Shown: positions 16,654 to 27,091 of the stretch, one piece after another
Position numbering within the stretch: the first letter of the stretch is position 1
Layout of the letters: the number at the start of each line of letters is the position of its first letter
Virus record (IMG/VR): IMGVR_UViG_3300020043_006076
Location: 1-44,837 of that record
Reading direction: 5' to 3' (one strand)
Source: a virus
Lineage: Duplodnaviria > Caudoviricetes
DNA: 44,837 nucleotides
Program-made: the position numbers and the translations under genes
Notes under the pieces: generated by a model
Told to the model about the DNA's origin: nothing
Databases searched by the model: none
Seen by the model: only the letters and a program-made list of their open reading frames with translations

Positions 16654-18972
16654 ATGGAAAACGAACTAAATAATTTAAAAACAAAAGAAGTTGGCGAGAA
16701 CGAACCAACAATCCAAGATATTCTTAAGACTGAGAATATTTGTGACATATTAGATGAAAATGATCTAAATGAAATTTCCCAGCAAGTAGTATCTGATTAT
16801 AACTCAGATTTAAACTCTTGCGCTTCCAGAATGAAGGAATTGCAAGAAACTATGAAGCTTGCAATGATTATTTCAGAACAAAAAACTTATCCGTGGGTTG
16901 GTGCTTCAAATATTATATTTCCCCTTATTTCCCAAGCTTGTATTGAATTTGGCGCTACTTGTTACCCTGAGATCATTAAAGATGGTCAAGTTGTAAAAGC
17001 TAAAGTAATTGGCAAAGATGAAGGATTCCAAGCCACCGATGATGGAAGACCTATGACTTTCCCGACTGAAAATCCTGACGGATCCCCATCGCAAGACCCA
17101 AGAGCTGGAAAACCAATTATGGTAAATGTTGGAAGTAAAAAAAGAAGAGGCGATAGAGTCGCAACTGCAATGAATTTCCAATTAATGGAAGAGCAAACTT
17201 GGTGGGAATCTGACACTGATAAACTTGTCAACTCGCTTCCTGCTGTCGGTGATATGTTCAAGAAGGTTTATTACGATCCAATCAAAGAAATACCAGTCTC
17301 TGAACTTATCTTCCCTGATAAATTAGTTATTAATAATGGAGCAAGAGATATTGAGTCTGCTATTGTTACTCAAATTATAGAGCTTTACCCTCAAGAGATA
17401 ATGCAACGCATCCGCAACGAGATGTTTTGTGATTTTGATTTTGAATATGAGAATGATGGTGATGAAGATAGCACTACTTCACAGCAGGTCAGCACTGATA
17501 TGCACTTGACAACACAAGTTTCCAATAACACTAAATTACACACATTTTTAGAACAGCACACTTGGCTAGATCTTGATGAGGATGGTTTTCCAGAACCCTA
17601 TATTGTAACCGTTCATTCATCAAGCGCTAAAGTTGTTCGTATAGTTAAACGCTTTGATAAAAGTAGCATAAAATACAATTCTAAAAACGAAATTAAACTT
17701 ATCGAAGCTCAAAAATATTTTGTGCATTATAAATTCATCCCTTCTCCTGATGGTTCTTTTTTCTCACTTGGATTTGGTCATTTACTTCTTAATGCCAATA
17801 ACGCAATCAATACCACTCTAAACCAATTAATTGACGCTGGGCACTTAAATATAACTGGCGGCGGTTTTATCTCTAAAGGTTTTGGTAAAACTAAAGCTGG
17901 AAGAACTGCTCTTGCGCCTGGAGAATGGAAGATTGTAGATGTGTCAACCGAAGATTTAAGGGGTTCTATTGTTCCAATTCCACACCCAGAACCTTCGCAG
18001 GTATTATTTTCTTTATTAGGAGCTTTGATTGACTCTGGCAAATCTCTTGGGATGCTTTCTGATGTTCTCTCTGGTCAAAATGCTGGAAATATTCAAGCGA
18101 CTACTATGATTTCAATGGTAGAGCAGGGAATGAAGCAATTTCGCTCTATTTATAAAAGAATTTATAAAGCTGAAAAAGACGAGTTTAAATTATTATACAC
18201 TCAGAACGCACAGTATTTAACTGACGAGAAATATGCTGAGATTTTAGATGAGCCAGTGATTAATGTTGATGTTAAAGCTGATTTCTCCTTAAAAGGATAT
18301 GATATTTGCCCAGTTGCTGATGTAGACGCAGTAACTAATTTTCAAAGAATGGCGATGGCTCAGTTCTATATGTCATTCTTGAACGATCCATTTGTCGATC
18401 CTGTAGAGCTTCGGAGGCGTATCTTTGGTGCGGCTAATGTCGAGGATTTAGATAAATTGGTAGTTCAACCGCAACCTCAACCAAACCCATTAATAGAAGT
18501 TGAGCAATTAAGACAACAAACCAAAATGGCTGAAATTCAATCTAAATCAGAAGCTGAATATCAAAAATCATTTATAGACTCGCACAAAATTGAAGCCGAG
18601 ATTGAAAAAATTAAGGCTGACGCTGAAGTTGCCAAGACTCAAGCATTGGTCAACCTTGCTAACGCTGGTAAGATTGCAAAAGAGACTGACTTAAAAGAGC
18701 AAACCGAAAGTATTAAAGTTCTTGATAATCAATTAGACCAACAGACTAAAAAGATTGAAGTTGAAGGTAGAATGCGAGAGATGGAAGCAAGACTCCAAAT
18801 TGAGCACGAAAAATTAAAACTACAATTAGCTAAGATGGGTCACGAGCATATACAAAACACAAACAAGATGAGCCACGAACACACTCAAAAGGAGCTAGAT
18901 AGAGAGCGCAAGATGGAGTCCAAAACACAAGAGGCGAATATTGGGTCACAATCTGATACAAAGCCGAAATAA
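16654..18972 (+). CDS. Portal protein (podovirus type)
   Basis: 772 aa after terL; PWVGASN; FKKVYYD; NQLIDAG; C-terminal coiled coil. Confidence 0.88.
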   Translation: MENELNNLKTKEVGENEPTIQDILKTENICDILDENDLNEISQQVVSDYNSDLNSCASRMKELQETMKLAMIISEQKTYPWVGASNIIFPLISQACIEFGATCYPEIIKDGQVVKAKVIGKDEGFQATDDGRPMTFPTENPDGSPSQDPRAGKPIMVNVGSKKRRGDRVATAMNFQLMEEQTWWESDTDKLVNSLPAVGDMFKKVYYDPIKEIPVSELIFPDKLVINNGARDIESAIVTQIIELYPQEIMQRIRNEMFCDFDFEYENDGDEDSTTSQQVSTDMHLTTQVSNNTKLHTFLEQHTWLDLDEDGFPEPYIVTVHSSSAKVVRIVKRFDKSSIKYNSKNEIKLIEAQKYFVHYKFIPSPDGSFFSLGFGHLLLNANNAINTTLNQLIDAGHLNITGGGFISKGFGKTKAGRTALAPGEWKIVDVSTEDLRGSIVPIPHPEPSQVLFSLLGALIDSGKSLGMLSDVLSGQNAGNIQATTMISMVEQGMKQFRSIYKRIYKAEKDEFKLLYTQNAQYLTDEKYAEILDEPVINVDVKADFSLKGYDICPVADVDAVTNFQRMAMAQFYMSFLNDPFVDPVELRRRIFGAANVEDLDKLVVQPQPQPNPLIEVEQLRQQTKMAEIQSKSEAEYQKSFIDSHKIEAEIEKIKADAEVAKTQALVNLANAGKIAKETDLKEQTESIKVLDNQLDQQTKKIEVEGRMREMEARLQIEHEKLKLQLAKMGHEHIQNTNKMSHEHTQKELDRERKMESKTQEANIGSQSDTKPK

Positions 18973-18989
18973 AACCTCTTGTTATTACC

Positions 18990-19018
18990 GCCTCACCTTA
19001 AAAAAGAGGGGCATTTTT
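18990..19018 (+). terminator. Possible intrinsic terminator
   Basis: cctc...gagg stem followed by a T-run after the portal gene. Confidence 0.35.
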
Positions 19019-19039
19019 AATAACTAATCTGATTTAATT

Positions 19040-19264
19040 ATGAATGATTTAACAAATGAAGACTTTAGAGAGTGGGCTTTTAATCCTGCTACCCTCCACT
19101 TTACCAAGGCACTTACTGACAAAAGAACTGATTACACCGACAAGCTAGGTAGTAATTATTACACAACTCAAGAATCCATTCAAAGAGCAATAGGAATTTG
19201 CCAGAGTCTCAAAGCCACAATTGACGCAATTGAAAGTTATAAGGAGGCGCAAGATGACAAATAA
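19040..19264 (+). CDS. Hypothetical head-region protein
   Basis: 74-aa ORF between portal and GroES-like gene. Confidence 0.7.
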   Translation: MNDLTNEDFREWAFNPATLHFTKALTDKRTDYTDKLGSNYYTTQESIQRAIGICQSLKATIDAIESYKEAQDDK

Positions 19265-19592
19265 ATCTAATTTTCATCCATTAAACGAAGAGTTAATTAT
19301 TTGGATTGATAAACCCCTTGAGGGCTTTACCAAGACAGATAAAGGCGATTATAAGAAAGGTTTTCTTCTCTACACATATGAAAATATTGAACACGCCGCT
19401 TTTAGAGAGACCACTGGAATAGTAGTTGAGATGGGAGAAAATGTTTTTCCTAATATAACTAAAGCTCCAAAAGTTGGCGATCGTGTAGTATTCAAACCTT
19501 ATGCAGGAATGAATATTTATGGGGATGACAATCAATTCTACCGTATTCTTTCTTGGAAAGAAATCCGCGCAATTTATCAATCAAATAATTAA
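19254..19592 (+). CDS. GroES-like co-chaperonin
   Basis: TGIVVEMG...KVGDRVVFKPYAG...YRIL..KEIRAI; AGGAGG before ATG 19254. Confidence 0.8.
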   Translation: MTNKSNFHPLNEELIIWIDKPLEGFTKTDKGDYKKGFLLYTYENIEHAAFRETTGIVVEMGENVFPNITKAPKVGDRVVFKPYAGMNIYGDDNQFYRILSWKEIRAIYQSNN

Positions 19593-19598
19593 TTAAAA

Positions 19599-20555
19599 AT
19601 GCCAGAAGAAATATTAGATCAACATATAGAAACGCCTGAAGCAGAAGTTGCAGACATATCTTTGGATGCTATGCGTCAAGGTAAAATACAATTTAATAAA
19701 CTTCCTAAAGAGGAGAAAGTTCGTCTGACTCGAGAAGCTAGAGAGGAACTTGAGGATGAGGAAGCTAAGGAAGCTTGGGATATGGGCTGGCGCTCACAAG
19801 AATTTTTTGGGGGAAAAGGTAAAGATGGTTCAGTTAGAGAATTTATCGACCATAAAGCATTCCTCGAAAAAATATCCCAGAATGCACCAGTTCAAAACGA
19901 AAGACTAAAAACTTTACGTGAAAGGGAAGCTCAAAAAGATCGTGAGATGGAGCAATTAAAACTAGAAGTTCGCAAAGCTAATGAATTAGCTAAAATGAAT
20001 TTTGAACGCTCTCTTCAGAATGACGAACAATCTTTAGATGCTCAGATCAAAGAAGCCCGTGAATATGGTGATTTTGAACGTTATGACACTTTAAACGCTA
20101 AAAAGCTTGAATTACAGAGTAAAACTTTGCGTCTAAAGGATTATGAAATTCCAAAAGAACCAACATTGTCTCCTGATGTTCAAGCTGAATTGGAAATTTG
20201 GGGCTCGAAAAATACTTGGTATGAGCAAGATTTAGAGATGCAAAACTATGCTAAGGCGCAGGCTGATATTCTTATCCGCGCTTACCCTAATCTCCCCCTT
20301 GCCCAACGCTTAGAAAAGGTGACAACTTTAACTAAAGCTTTTTTTCCTGATCGTTTTCCTCAAGAAGTCACTAGGGCTACAGTTCTTCCAGCTAAAAATG
20401 CAGGAACTTTTTCTAGTAATAAGAAAAATGAACTTACTTTTTCTCAATTATCAGATAATGAAAAACAACAGGCTCGTCAAATGATTCGTTCTGGTGTTTT
20501 TAAAAATGAAACTGACTTTATGAGTGGTTACAACAAAATTATTAACAATAAATAA
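19599..20555 (+). CDS. Capsid scaffolding protein (putative)
   Basis: Acidic coiled coil; W..KNTWY motif; position. Confidence 0.7.
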   Translation: MPEEILDQHIETPEAEVADISLDAMRQGKIQFNKLPKEEKVRLTREAREELEDEEAKEAWDMGWRSQEFFGGKGKDGSVREFIDHKAFLEKISQNAPVQNERLKTLREREAQKDREMEQLKLEVRKANELAKMNFERSLQNDEQSLDAQIKEAREYGDFERYDTLNAKKLELQSKTLRLKDYEIPKEPTLSPDVQAELEIWGSKNTWYEQDLEMQNYAKAQADILIRAYPNLPLAQRLEKVTTLTKAFFPDRFPQEVTRATVLPAKNAGTFSSNKKNELTFSQLSDNEKQQARQMIRSGVFKNETDFMSGYNKIINNK

Positions 20556-20564
20556 ATATAAAAT

Positions 20565-21188
20565 ATGCCTAGAGGAATACCTAACGCAAAAATTAACCAA
20601 ATAACAAATCAAATGGAAAAAGAACTTGACAAACAAATTGAAATAGTAAATCCTGTAATCTCAGTTGAGAAATCAACTATTGATGCAACCCCCGTTTCTA
20701 AGTTAGGAAATACTACAGATGATTTAGAATTTACCCTTACTTCAGATGGTAAATATAAAATTCCTAAACCAAAGAAACACGCAGACTATTTAGAAGTAGT
20801 CTCAACTAAAATTCCTTATATTACTGATCCTGCTATTTTAGCAGAGTTTCAAATCTTTTGGCAATCAGACGAGAAACCAATTGACATAATAAATATGGGG
20901 AAACAGGGATATGAACCTATTGATTGTAAGGTTATGGGTGATGGATATGAAAACGCTGTTGTAACCCACGGTGGTTACAGAGTGGATGGTTCAGCATACT
21001 ATCATTATCCATTTAGAATAAGACATTCAGATTTTAAAGAAATCCAAAGAATGAAACAAAATGCCATTAATGCTCACGAACGTGAGATACAAATAAATCC
21101 TAGCAATGCTTTGGATGGTGGTGGTAATCTATATGCAACAGAACAAATGAAACTTGGAGTTACAAGTCACTCTCCAAAATATTCTTAA
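20565..21188 (+). CDS. Hypothetical head-region protein
   Basis: 207-aa ORF. Confidence 0.7.
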   Translation: MPRGIPNAKINQITNQMEKELDKQIEIVNPVISVEKSTIDATPVSKLGNTTDDLEFTLTSDGKYKIPKPKKHADYLEVVSTKIPYITDPAILAEFQIFWQSDEKPIDIINMGKQGYEPIDCKVMGDGYENAVVTHGGYRVDGSAYYHYPFRIRHSDFKEIQRMKQNAINAHEREIQINPSNALDGGGNLYATEQMKLGVTSHSPKYS

Positions 21189-21312
21189 CTAGTTAAAGTT
21201 TTTACTCTTTTTCACTTCAGCAAAAAGAGTCTGATTTAATTTCTCCTTGATATTCTCTTCTGATGAGCTGGAAGAATTTGTATAATTTCTTCAATCAAAT
21301 AAAAATAATTTT

Positions 21313-21909
21313 ATGGCTAATAATACAGCTGCTTATGGTCTTAGACCTTGCAGAAATAGCGGTATCATCACCGTTAATCCTTACTATGTCCCAGCTTCTT
21401 TAGCTTCTCTTGGTATCGGCACTCCCGTTATCAGAAGTGGCACTTCTAATTCTGTCAACACAATTAATGGTCAAGTATATCCCGCTGGAACCTTAGCATC
21501 TATTGCTGTGGCAACTTCTGGTGATGGCAATAAATTAACTGGTGCAATTGTTGGTTTTGAGCTTATCCCAACTAACTTATTTGTTGCTGGATATAACCCT
21601 GCATCAACTCAACGCATCGCTTATGTTGCCGATCATCCTGAGCAAAAATTTACTATCATTGACGATGGTTTGGCTCTTCTTGCAGTTACTGATGTTGGTT
21701 TAAATGCCAACCTAACTGTTGGAACTGTTAATGCTACAACTGGTTTAGATTCAACTACTCTTGATACTACCACTCCTGCCACTACCGCTACTTTCCAATT
21801 AAAAATCTTAGGATTGAATAATAGAACAGGAAACGAATTGGCTCTTGGTGCTGAATGGTTAGTTAAAATCAACAACCACACTGATGCGAATATTGTCGCT
21901 GGTGTTTAA
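21313..21909 (+). CDS. Capsid decoration/minor head protein
   Basis: MAN...YGLRP; A/G/T-rich; VKINNH; precedes the major capsid gene. Confidence 0.7.
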   Translation: MANNTAAYGLRPCRNSGIITVNPYYVPASLASLGIGTPVIRSGTSNSVNTINGQVYPAGTLASIAVATSGDGNKLTGAIVGFELIPTNLFVAGYNPASTQRIAYVADHPEQKFTIIDDGLALLAVTDVGLNANLTVGTVNATTGLDSTTLDTTTPATTATFQLKILGLNNRTGNELALGAEWLVKINNHTDANIVAGV

Positions 21910-21934
21910 TATTAATTTAAAATAAATTTAAACT

Positions 21935-22846
21935 ATGTCTAACATTATTGTTAAGGGGAATTTCTCCATTAATGCCATCAAGAACTATGCCACAAAGTTT
22001 TATGGCGAGCTTGATATGGGTCCATCCCAATGGGAACCTCTATTTCAGAAATTATCTTCTGATAGAGGTTTTGAACTCGATGTTTTGACTGATAACTTTA
22101 CTGTTATTCCAGCCAAACCCGAAGCTCAAAACATTGCTTACCAATCTGCTTCTCAACAATTTACTACTACTTACAACCATAACTCTTTTGGTGGTGGTTT
22201 CCAAATTAGTAAAGAAGCTAAGGATGACGGCAAAGAAATTGATCTAATGAAAAAATATATGGGTCAATTAGCTTCTGCCGCTAAAAGAACCAATGAGTAT
22301 CAAGGAGCTAATATTTTCAACCGTGCTTATAACTCTTCTTTCGTTGGTGGTGATCAAGTGGAATTAATTTCACTTTCTCACCCTACTAAAGTTGGTAATC
22401 AAGCTAATACTCTTGCTAACCAAGTTGCTATGTCTGAATCGGCTTTAGAAGATTTGAATGTGCTTGCTCTTAATATGAAAGATTACAATGGAAACATTGC
22501 TAATATTAATACTAAGAAACTTGTTGTTCCAACTGCTTTGAAACACCAAGCAGAAAGAATTACTCGTTCACCTTTAAGAACTGCTACTGCTAACAATGAC
22601 TTGAATGCAATAATGACTTTGGGTGATTTTGACGAAGGTTTTGTTGTTAATAAATACTTGACTTCAACCACTATGTATTACATTCTAACTGACTGTCCAG
22701 ACGGCTTGAAATACTTCGAAAGAACTGCTCCTGAGTTTTCTCAGGATATGGCTTTTGATTCAGAAGTTAGTAAATACAAAATCTTTTTCAGAAACTCATT
22801 TTTGTGGACTGATTGGAGAGGTATTGTAGGTTGCGGTAATATCTAA
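21935..22846 (+). CDS. Major capsid protein
   Basis: 303 aa; LISLSHP; KKLVVPTAL; VVNKYLT; SFLWTDWRGI (Mu gpT-like). Confidence 0.88.
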   Translation: MSNIIVKGNFSINAIKNYATKFYGELDMGPSQWEPLFQKLSSDRGFELDVLTDNFTVIPAKPEAQNIAYQSASQQFTTTYNHNSFGGGFQISKEAKDDGKEIDLMKKYMGQLASAAKRTNEYQGANIFNRAYNSSFVGGDQVELISLSHPTKVGNQANTLANQVAMSESALEDLNVLALNMKDYNGNIANINTKKLVVPTALKHQAERITRSPLRTATANNDLNAIMTLGDFDEGFVVNKYLTSTTMYYILTDCPDGLKYFERTAPEFSQDMAFDSEVSKYKIFFRNSFLWTDWRGIVGCGNI

Positions 22847-22913
22847 TTCTTTAACATTGTTCCTATTGGGTAAAAGGGGGTGAAATTCCCCCTAGCATAA
22901 AATATAAAATAAT

Positions 22914-23609
22914 ATGACTACTACAAATTTTCCAAATGGTCTAACTAATAATACCCAGCAAAATGCTTTGGGTTTAATGACTCAATTAGATCCCACTACT
23001 CTCCATACATATTTTAATGACTTCGATACATATCACGCAGGCGAATGGACTGTAACTGAAACTGACGCTGGAGCTACTCAAGCTTTAACTGATGCTGACG
23101 GAGGCGTTCTTTTAATTACCAATACTGCCGCTGATAATGATTTGGTTGCTTTACAAAAAGTAGGTGAGTCATTTACTTTTACTGCTGGTAAAGCGACTTT
23201 CTTCAAAGCTAGGTTGAAAGTATCTGACGCAACCCAAAGTGATTTTGTTATTGGTCTTCAAATTACCGACACAACTCCTTTAGCTGTTTCTGATGGTGTT
23301 TATTTCTTAAAAGCTGATGACGCAGCTACCGTTGATTTTAAAGTAGTTGCTTCAAGCACTGCAACAACTGCTAGTGCTATAGCCACCTTAGCTGATAATA
23401 CTTACTACACTTTTGCCTTCTATTATGATGGTGTAAGTTTTGTAAATTACTACTTAGGAACCGACACTTTAAACCCTACTTATCGAGGAAGAAGTGTTGT
23501 TACTAACTTACCAACAACTGAACTAACAGTGTCTTTTGCCTTGCAAAATGGTGCGGCTGCCGCTAAAACTATGTCTGTAGACTACATTTTTGTAGCTAAA
23601 GAAAGATAA
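22914..23609 (+). CDS. Virion structural protein
   Basis: TNFPNGL; YFNDF; VDYIFVAKER; follows the capsid gene. Confidence 0.7.
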   Translation: MTTTNFPNGLTNNTQQNALGLMTQLDPTTLHTYFNDFDTYHAGEWTVTETDAGATQALTDADGGVLLITNTAADNDLVALQKVGESFTFTAGKATFFKARLKVSDATQSDFVIGLQITDTTPLAVSDGVYFLKADDAATVDFKVVASSTATTASAIATLADNTYYTFAFYYDGVSFVNYYLGTDTLNPTYRGRSVVTNLPTTELTVSFALQNGAAAAKTMSVDYIFVAKER

Positions 23610-23615
23610 TAATTG

Positions 23616-23642
23616 TAGGGGGGTGTAATAGCCCCCTTATTT
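23616..23642 (+). terminator. Hairpin/terminator
   Basis: ggggg-tgtaatag-ccccc-ttattt; a similar hairpin lies at 22876-22893. Confidence 0.45.
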
Positions 23643-23655
23643 AAAATATATAAAT

Positions 23656-24276
23656 ATGCTACCTATCAGATACTCATTCACGCCAGCAAACGAGAACCTA
23701 ACTGGTTTTGCTAGTAATGTTACAGGTGCTACTTGGACATTAACAGCTACAGCTTGCACAGATGGTCTAGCTCATCAAGTTAGTTTAAGAAACGATTCAG
23801 CAACCAACCACTCAGCTAAAACTGCTACCTTTGTAGGAACTGATGTCGATGGTCACGCCCTAACCGAAACAATTTCAATGCCAGCTGGTTCTGCTACTGT
23901 AGAAACTACAGGTTATTTTAAAACATTAATTTCCGTTACCCCCTCTGCTACTATTGGTGCAGACACTATGGACATTGGTTGGGTTGATGAGTTTATCTCT
24001 CCAACTATTGGACTTGATAGAAATGGTGGAATTGTAGGATTAAACATAATTGTTACTGGAACAATCAATTATACCATCCAACAGACTTTTAACGATATTC
24101 AGACTTTAACTAGAACATCTATCAATTGGTTGAATAATGATGATACCGCATTAGTTGCATCAACCGCAAGTGGTAATGGAAATTATATTGCTGGCGTTAT
24201 TGCCACAAGACTTGTAGTAAACTCCTATAGTTCTGGCGCCACAATACAATATAACATAACTCAAAGGTATGTCTAG
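23656..24276 (+). CDS. Virion structural protein (putative)
   Basis: T/A/G-rich, beta-type sequence. Confidence 0.6.
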   Translation: MLPIRYSFTPANENLTGFASNVTGATWTLTATACTDGLAHQVSLRNDSATNHSAKTATFVGTDVDGHALTETISMPAGSATVETTGYFKTLISVTPSATIGADTMDIGWVDEFISPTIGLDRNGGIVGLNIIVTGTINYTIQQTFNDIQTLTRTSINWLNNDDTALVASTASGNGNYIAGVIATRLVVNSYSSGATIQYNITQRYV

Positions 24277-24496
24277 GGGTAAGGAGTATAGAGTAATTTG
24301 TGATAGAACTGGTAAAAAGCTTTATCGTAGCCAATGTGAAAAAGAATGGAATGGGCTTTTAGTTTGGAAGAATGTAAGAGATCCCTATCCTGAATATCTA
24401 ATACCACCAAATACCCGAGAAGATATATCAGTGCCAGAAGCAAGACCCGATCCTGATGTTGATATATTTAATGTTCCCAATCCTAACGATTTATAA
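24269..24496 (+). CDS. Hypothetical phage protein
   Basis: ICDRTG...EWNGLLV...ARPD. Confidence 0.7.
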   Translation: MSRGKEYRVICDRTGKKLYRSQCEKEWNGLLVWKNVRDPYPEYLIPPNTREDISVPEARPDPDVDIFNVPNPNDL

Positions 24497-24498
24497 AA

Positions 24499-24657
24499 AT
24501 GAAAAACTTACCAATAAAAAACAAATTAAATATGGAAGGAATGCTCAAAGCTTTTCCTGCTGGAACTGCCGCTAAAGTGCAAGCTTTTTCAGATCAAGGT
24601 TATAAATTAAAAACCGCTATTTCTATGGCGGCTTTAAAACAAAAACCAAAAAAATAA
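24499..24657 (+). CDS. 52-aa basic protein (not in track)
   Basis: MKNLPIKNKL...KQKPKK; TAATG coupling to the next gene. Confidence 0.55.
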   Translation: MKNLPIKNKLNMEGMLKAFPAGTAAKVQAFSDQGYKLKTAISMAALKQKPKK

Positions 24658-25136
24658 TGGATTGTTTTAATTTACCATCTATCGCAATCAAATATAATAA
24701 AGATATTTCTGTTTTGTCTAATATAGAAAAAATAGAATTATTTGAATATTTTCTGAAAAATTATACCGATGGCTCAGAGCAAACAGCAAAAGAATTACCT
24801 TTAGAGCATTTTATTTGCAACAAAACCTATGTTAGGCAAATAACCTTGCCTAAAGATATGATATTAACTGGTAAAGTTCATAATTTTGATCATACAAGTA
24901 TTTTGTCTAAGGGTGAAGTAACGATTATGACTAGTGAAGGAACTACTCGCATAAAAGCTCCTGCAACTTGGATTTCAAAAGCAGGAACAAAACGACTAAT
25001 TTATGTTCACGAAGAAACAATTTGGTCAACAATTCATCAAAGCGAAAATACTCAAGTAGAAGATTTAGAAAATGAATTAGTCCACGAAAGTGATTTATCT
25101 TGGATTAATGAAGCAAACTTATTAGGAGATAAATAA
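24657..25136 (+). CDS. Cupin-like protein
   Basis: HF...YVRQITLP...LTGKVH..DH.SILSKG...AGTKR....HEETIWSTIH. Confidence 0.7.
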   Translation: MDCFNLPSIAIKYNKDISVLSNIEKIELFEYFLKNYTDGSEQTAKELPLEHFICNKTYVRQITLPKDMILTGKVHNFDHTSILSKGEVTIMTSEGTTRIKAPATWISKAGTKRLIYVHEETIWSTIHQSENTQVEDLENELVHESDLSWINEANLLGDK

Positions 25137-25888
25137 TGACTTACGCAGCGGTTGCAATAGGTGGGGGAATGATCGTTGGAGGAATGGGTGCACAAGCCTA
25201 TTTTGGGAACAAATCAGCAAGCTCAGCTAGAAAGGCGGCGGCGGCGGCGGCGGCAGAAGCCGCAAGAGCTAGAGCCGCCGCCTTAGGCTATCAAAAACCT
25301 TATTACCAGTCAGGAACAGCTGGATTAAATAATCTTACAGGTCTTCTTACTGGCTCTCAATATGACGCGCAAGGAAACAAAACGAATTTAAGTGAACAGG
25401 ACAGATCTAATTTATTTCAAAAATCACCGGGTTACCAATTTAGATTAGAACAGGGACAAAAAGCGCTAGAAGCCACACAAGCCGCTCGTGGAGGATTGCT
25501 TTCTGGCGGAGCGATGAAAGAAATGAATAAGTATTCTCAAGGAATCGCTTCTGATGAATATGGTAATTATATAAATCAATTAGCAGGCTTGGCTGGAATA
25601 GGGCAGAATGCCGCTAACGCTATGGGCAATATTGAAATAGGACAGGGCAATGTAATTGCTGGGTATAATATGGCATCTGGAATGGCAGATGCTAATAAAT
25701 ACCAAAATTTAGGTAATAATATTGGTGGAGGTATGCAATCAATAGGTGGAACTTTACTCGGAAGTGGGTTAAGTGGAATGGGAGGAAAATCCGCTGGAAC
25801 AAGTGGTTCAAACGGAACAAGTGGTTCAAACTGGAATTTTCAATCAAATTCCCCTAATTTTAATACACAACTAGGAGGGGCTTATTAA
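25136..25888 (+). CDS. DNA ejection/transfer protein (P22 gp7-like)
   Basis: SPGYQFRLEQG...AARGGLLSGGAMK; G/A-rich. Confidence 0.8.
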   Translation: MTYAAVAIGGGMIVGGMGAQAYFGNKSASSARKAAAAAAAEAARARAAALGYQKPYYQSGTAGLNNLTGLLTGSQYDAQGNKTNLSEQDRSNLFQKSPGYQFRLEQGQKALEATQAARGGLLSGGAMKEMNKYSQGIASDEYGNYINQLAGLAGIGQNAANAMGNIEIGQGNVIAGYNMASGMADANKYQNLGNNIGGGMQSIGGTLLGSGLSGMGGKSAGTSGSNGTSGSNWNFQSNSPNFNTQLGGAY

Positions 25889-27091
25889 ATGGAATTTCCA
25901 CAGCAAACAAATGTAGATTTAGGCGGCTCAATAATGAGAGGTTATGAGTTTGGGCAAAATGCTCGAATGAAAAACCTCCAAATGTTAGCCGCTCAAACTG
26001 AGTTAGAGCAAAGAAAAAACTTACAAGCTCTTTATACTGGTGCTTTAGCTGGTGATGAAAGATCAAAACAAGCATTAGCTATGCAAGCTCCTGATGCTTA
26101 TAAAGGTTTGCAACAGCGACAAGGGGATCTTGCTATGCAATATGGGCAAATAGCTACAACTATTAAGAACACTCCGCTTCCATATAAAAATAAAGTTATC
26201 CAATCTTTAAAAGCTAAAAATCCTAATTTACCAATCTCTGATCAATGGTATGATGGAATGGCTGAAGAAGAATTAGCTCCTCTTATTAACGGAGCTAGGA
26301 AAGTTGAAGATTTAGCCAAAGAAGAATTTGAAATGCCTAAACAATTGGCTGAAATCGCTAGAACAAAAGCACAAACTCAAACCGAAGCGTTTCAACAAAG
26401 AAATTACGCCGCTAATACCGCTAAGTCCTATGCCGATATTGGAAAGACTAAGATGGACACTTACAAAGTTGGTCAAGAAGTTCAGGCGGCACAACAAGAA
26501 TTAGACGCCGCTAGACAAGCTGGATTATCTCCTTCTGTATTTAAAGCTCAACAAGCAGAATATGGAAAGGCAAGAGGTGAAAAAGCCGCTAATTTAGCTA
26601 ATTTACAATCTACTTTACCGCAATTATTGGATACTGTTAATAAATTAAGTGATTTAGGGCAAAAGGCAACTTATACATATGCTGGTCGCACTGCAAATTT
26701 CTTAAAAAGACAAGCTGGACGGGATGTTGGTGAGGGAGCTATTGCTAGAGAAAAATACATTAATACTGTAAATGACCAAGTTTTACCTTTATTGAGACAG
26801 ACTTTTGGAGCGGCATTTACCGCAAAAGAAGGTGATTCATTAAAAGAAACATTAGGTAATCCAAACTTAAGTCCACCAGAAAAAGACGCGGCACTTCAAG
26901 CATTTATTGAACAAAAAGTTGCAAGTATTAAAGCTGGTCAAAGTGAGTTAGGGTATCAACCAAATATTCCTAATATGCCGACTAAAGGTAAATATTCATT
27001 GATGGGTGGTAATATAATTCAAGAAGGACAAACAGCCACTAATCCTAAAACTGGACAAAGAATTACATTCATAGGAGGAAAATGGCAATAG
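25889..27091 (+). CDS. Ejection protein 2 (gp20-like position)
   Basis: Q/A-rich helical; C-terminal GQTATNPKTG...GGKW. Confidence 0.65.
   Translation: MEFPQQTNVDLGGSIMRGYEFGQNARMKNLQMLAAQTELEQRKNLQALYTGALAGDERSKQALAMQAPDAYKGLQQRQGDLAMQYGQIATTIKNTPLPYKNKVIQSLKAKNPNLPISDQWYDGMAEEELAPLINGARKVEDLAKEEFEMPKQLAEIARTKAQTQTEAFQQRNYAANTAKSYADIGKTKMDTYKVGQEVQAAQQELDAARQAGLSPSVFKAQQAEYGKARGEKAANLANLQSTLPQLLDTVNKLSDLGQKATYTYAGRTANFLKRQAGRDVGEGAIAREKYINTVNDQVLPLLRQTFGAAFTAKEGDSLKETLGNPNLSPPEKDAALQAFIEQKVASIKAGQSELGYQPNIPNMPTKGKYSLMGGNIIQEGQTATNPKTGQRITFIGGKWQ

Noticed and set aside
16304-19592. ParB-like and GroES-like genes as novelties
   Set aside because: Both are common in phage packaging and head modules
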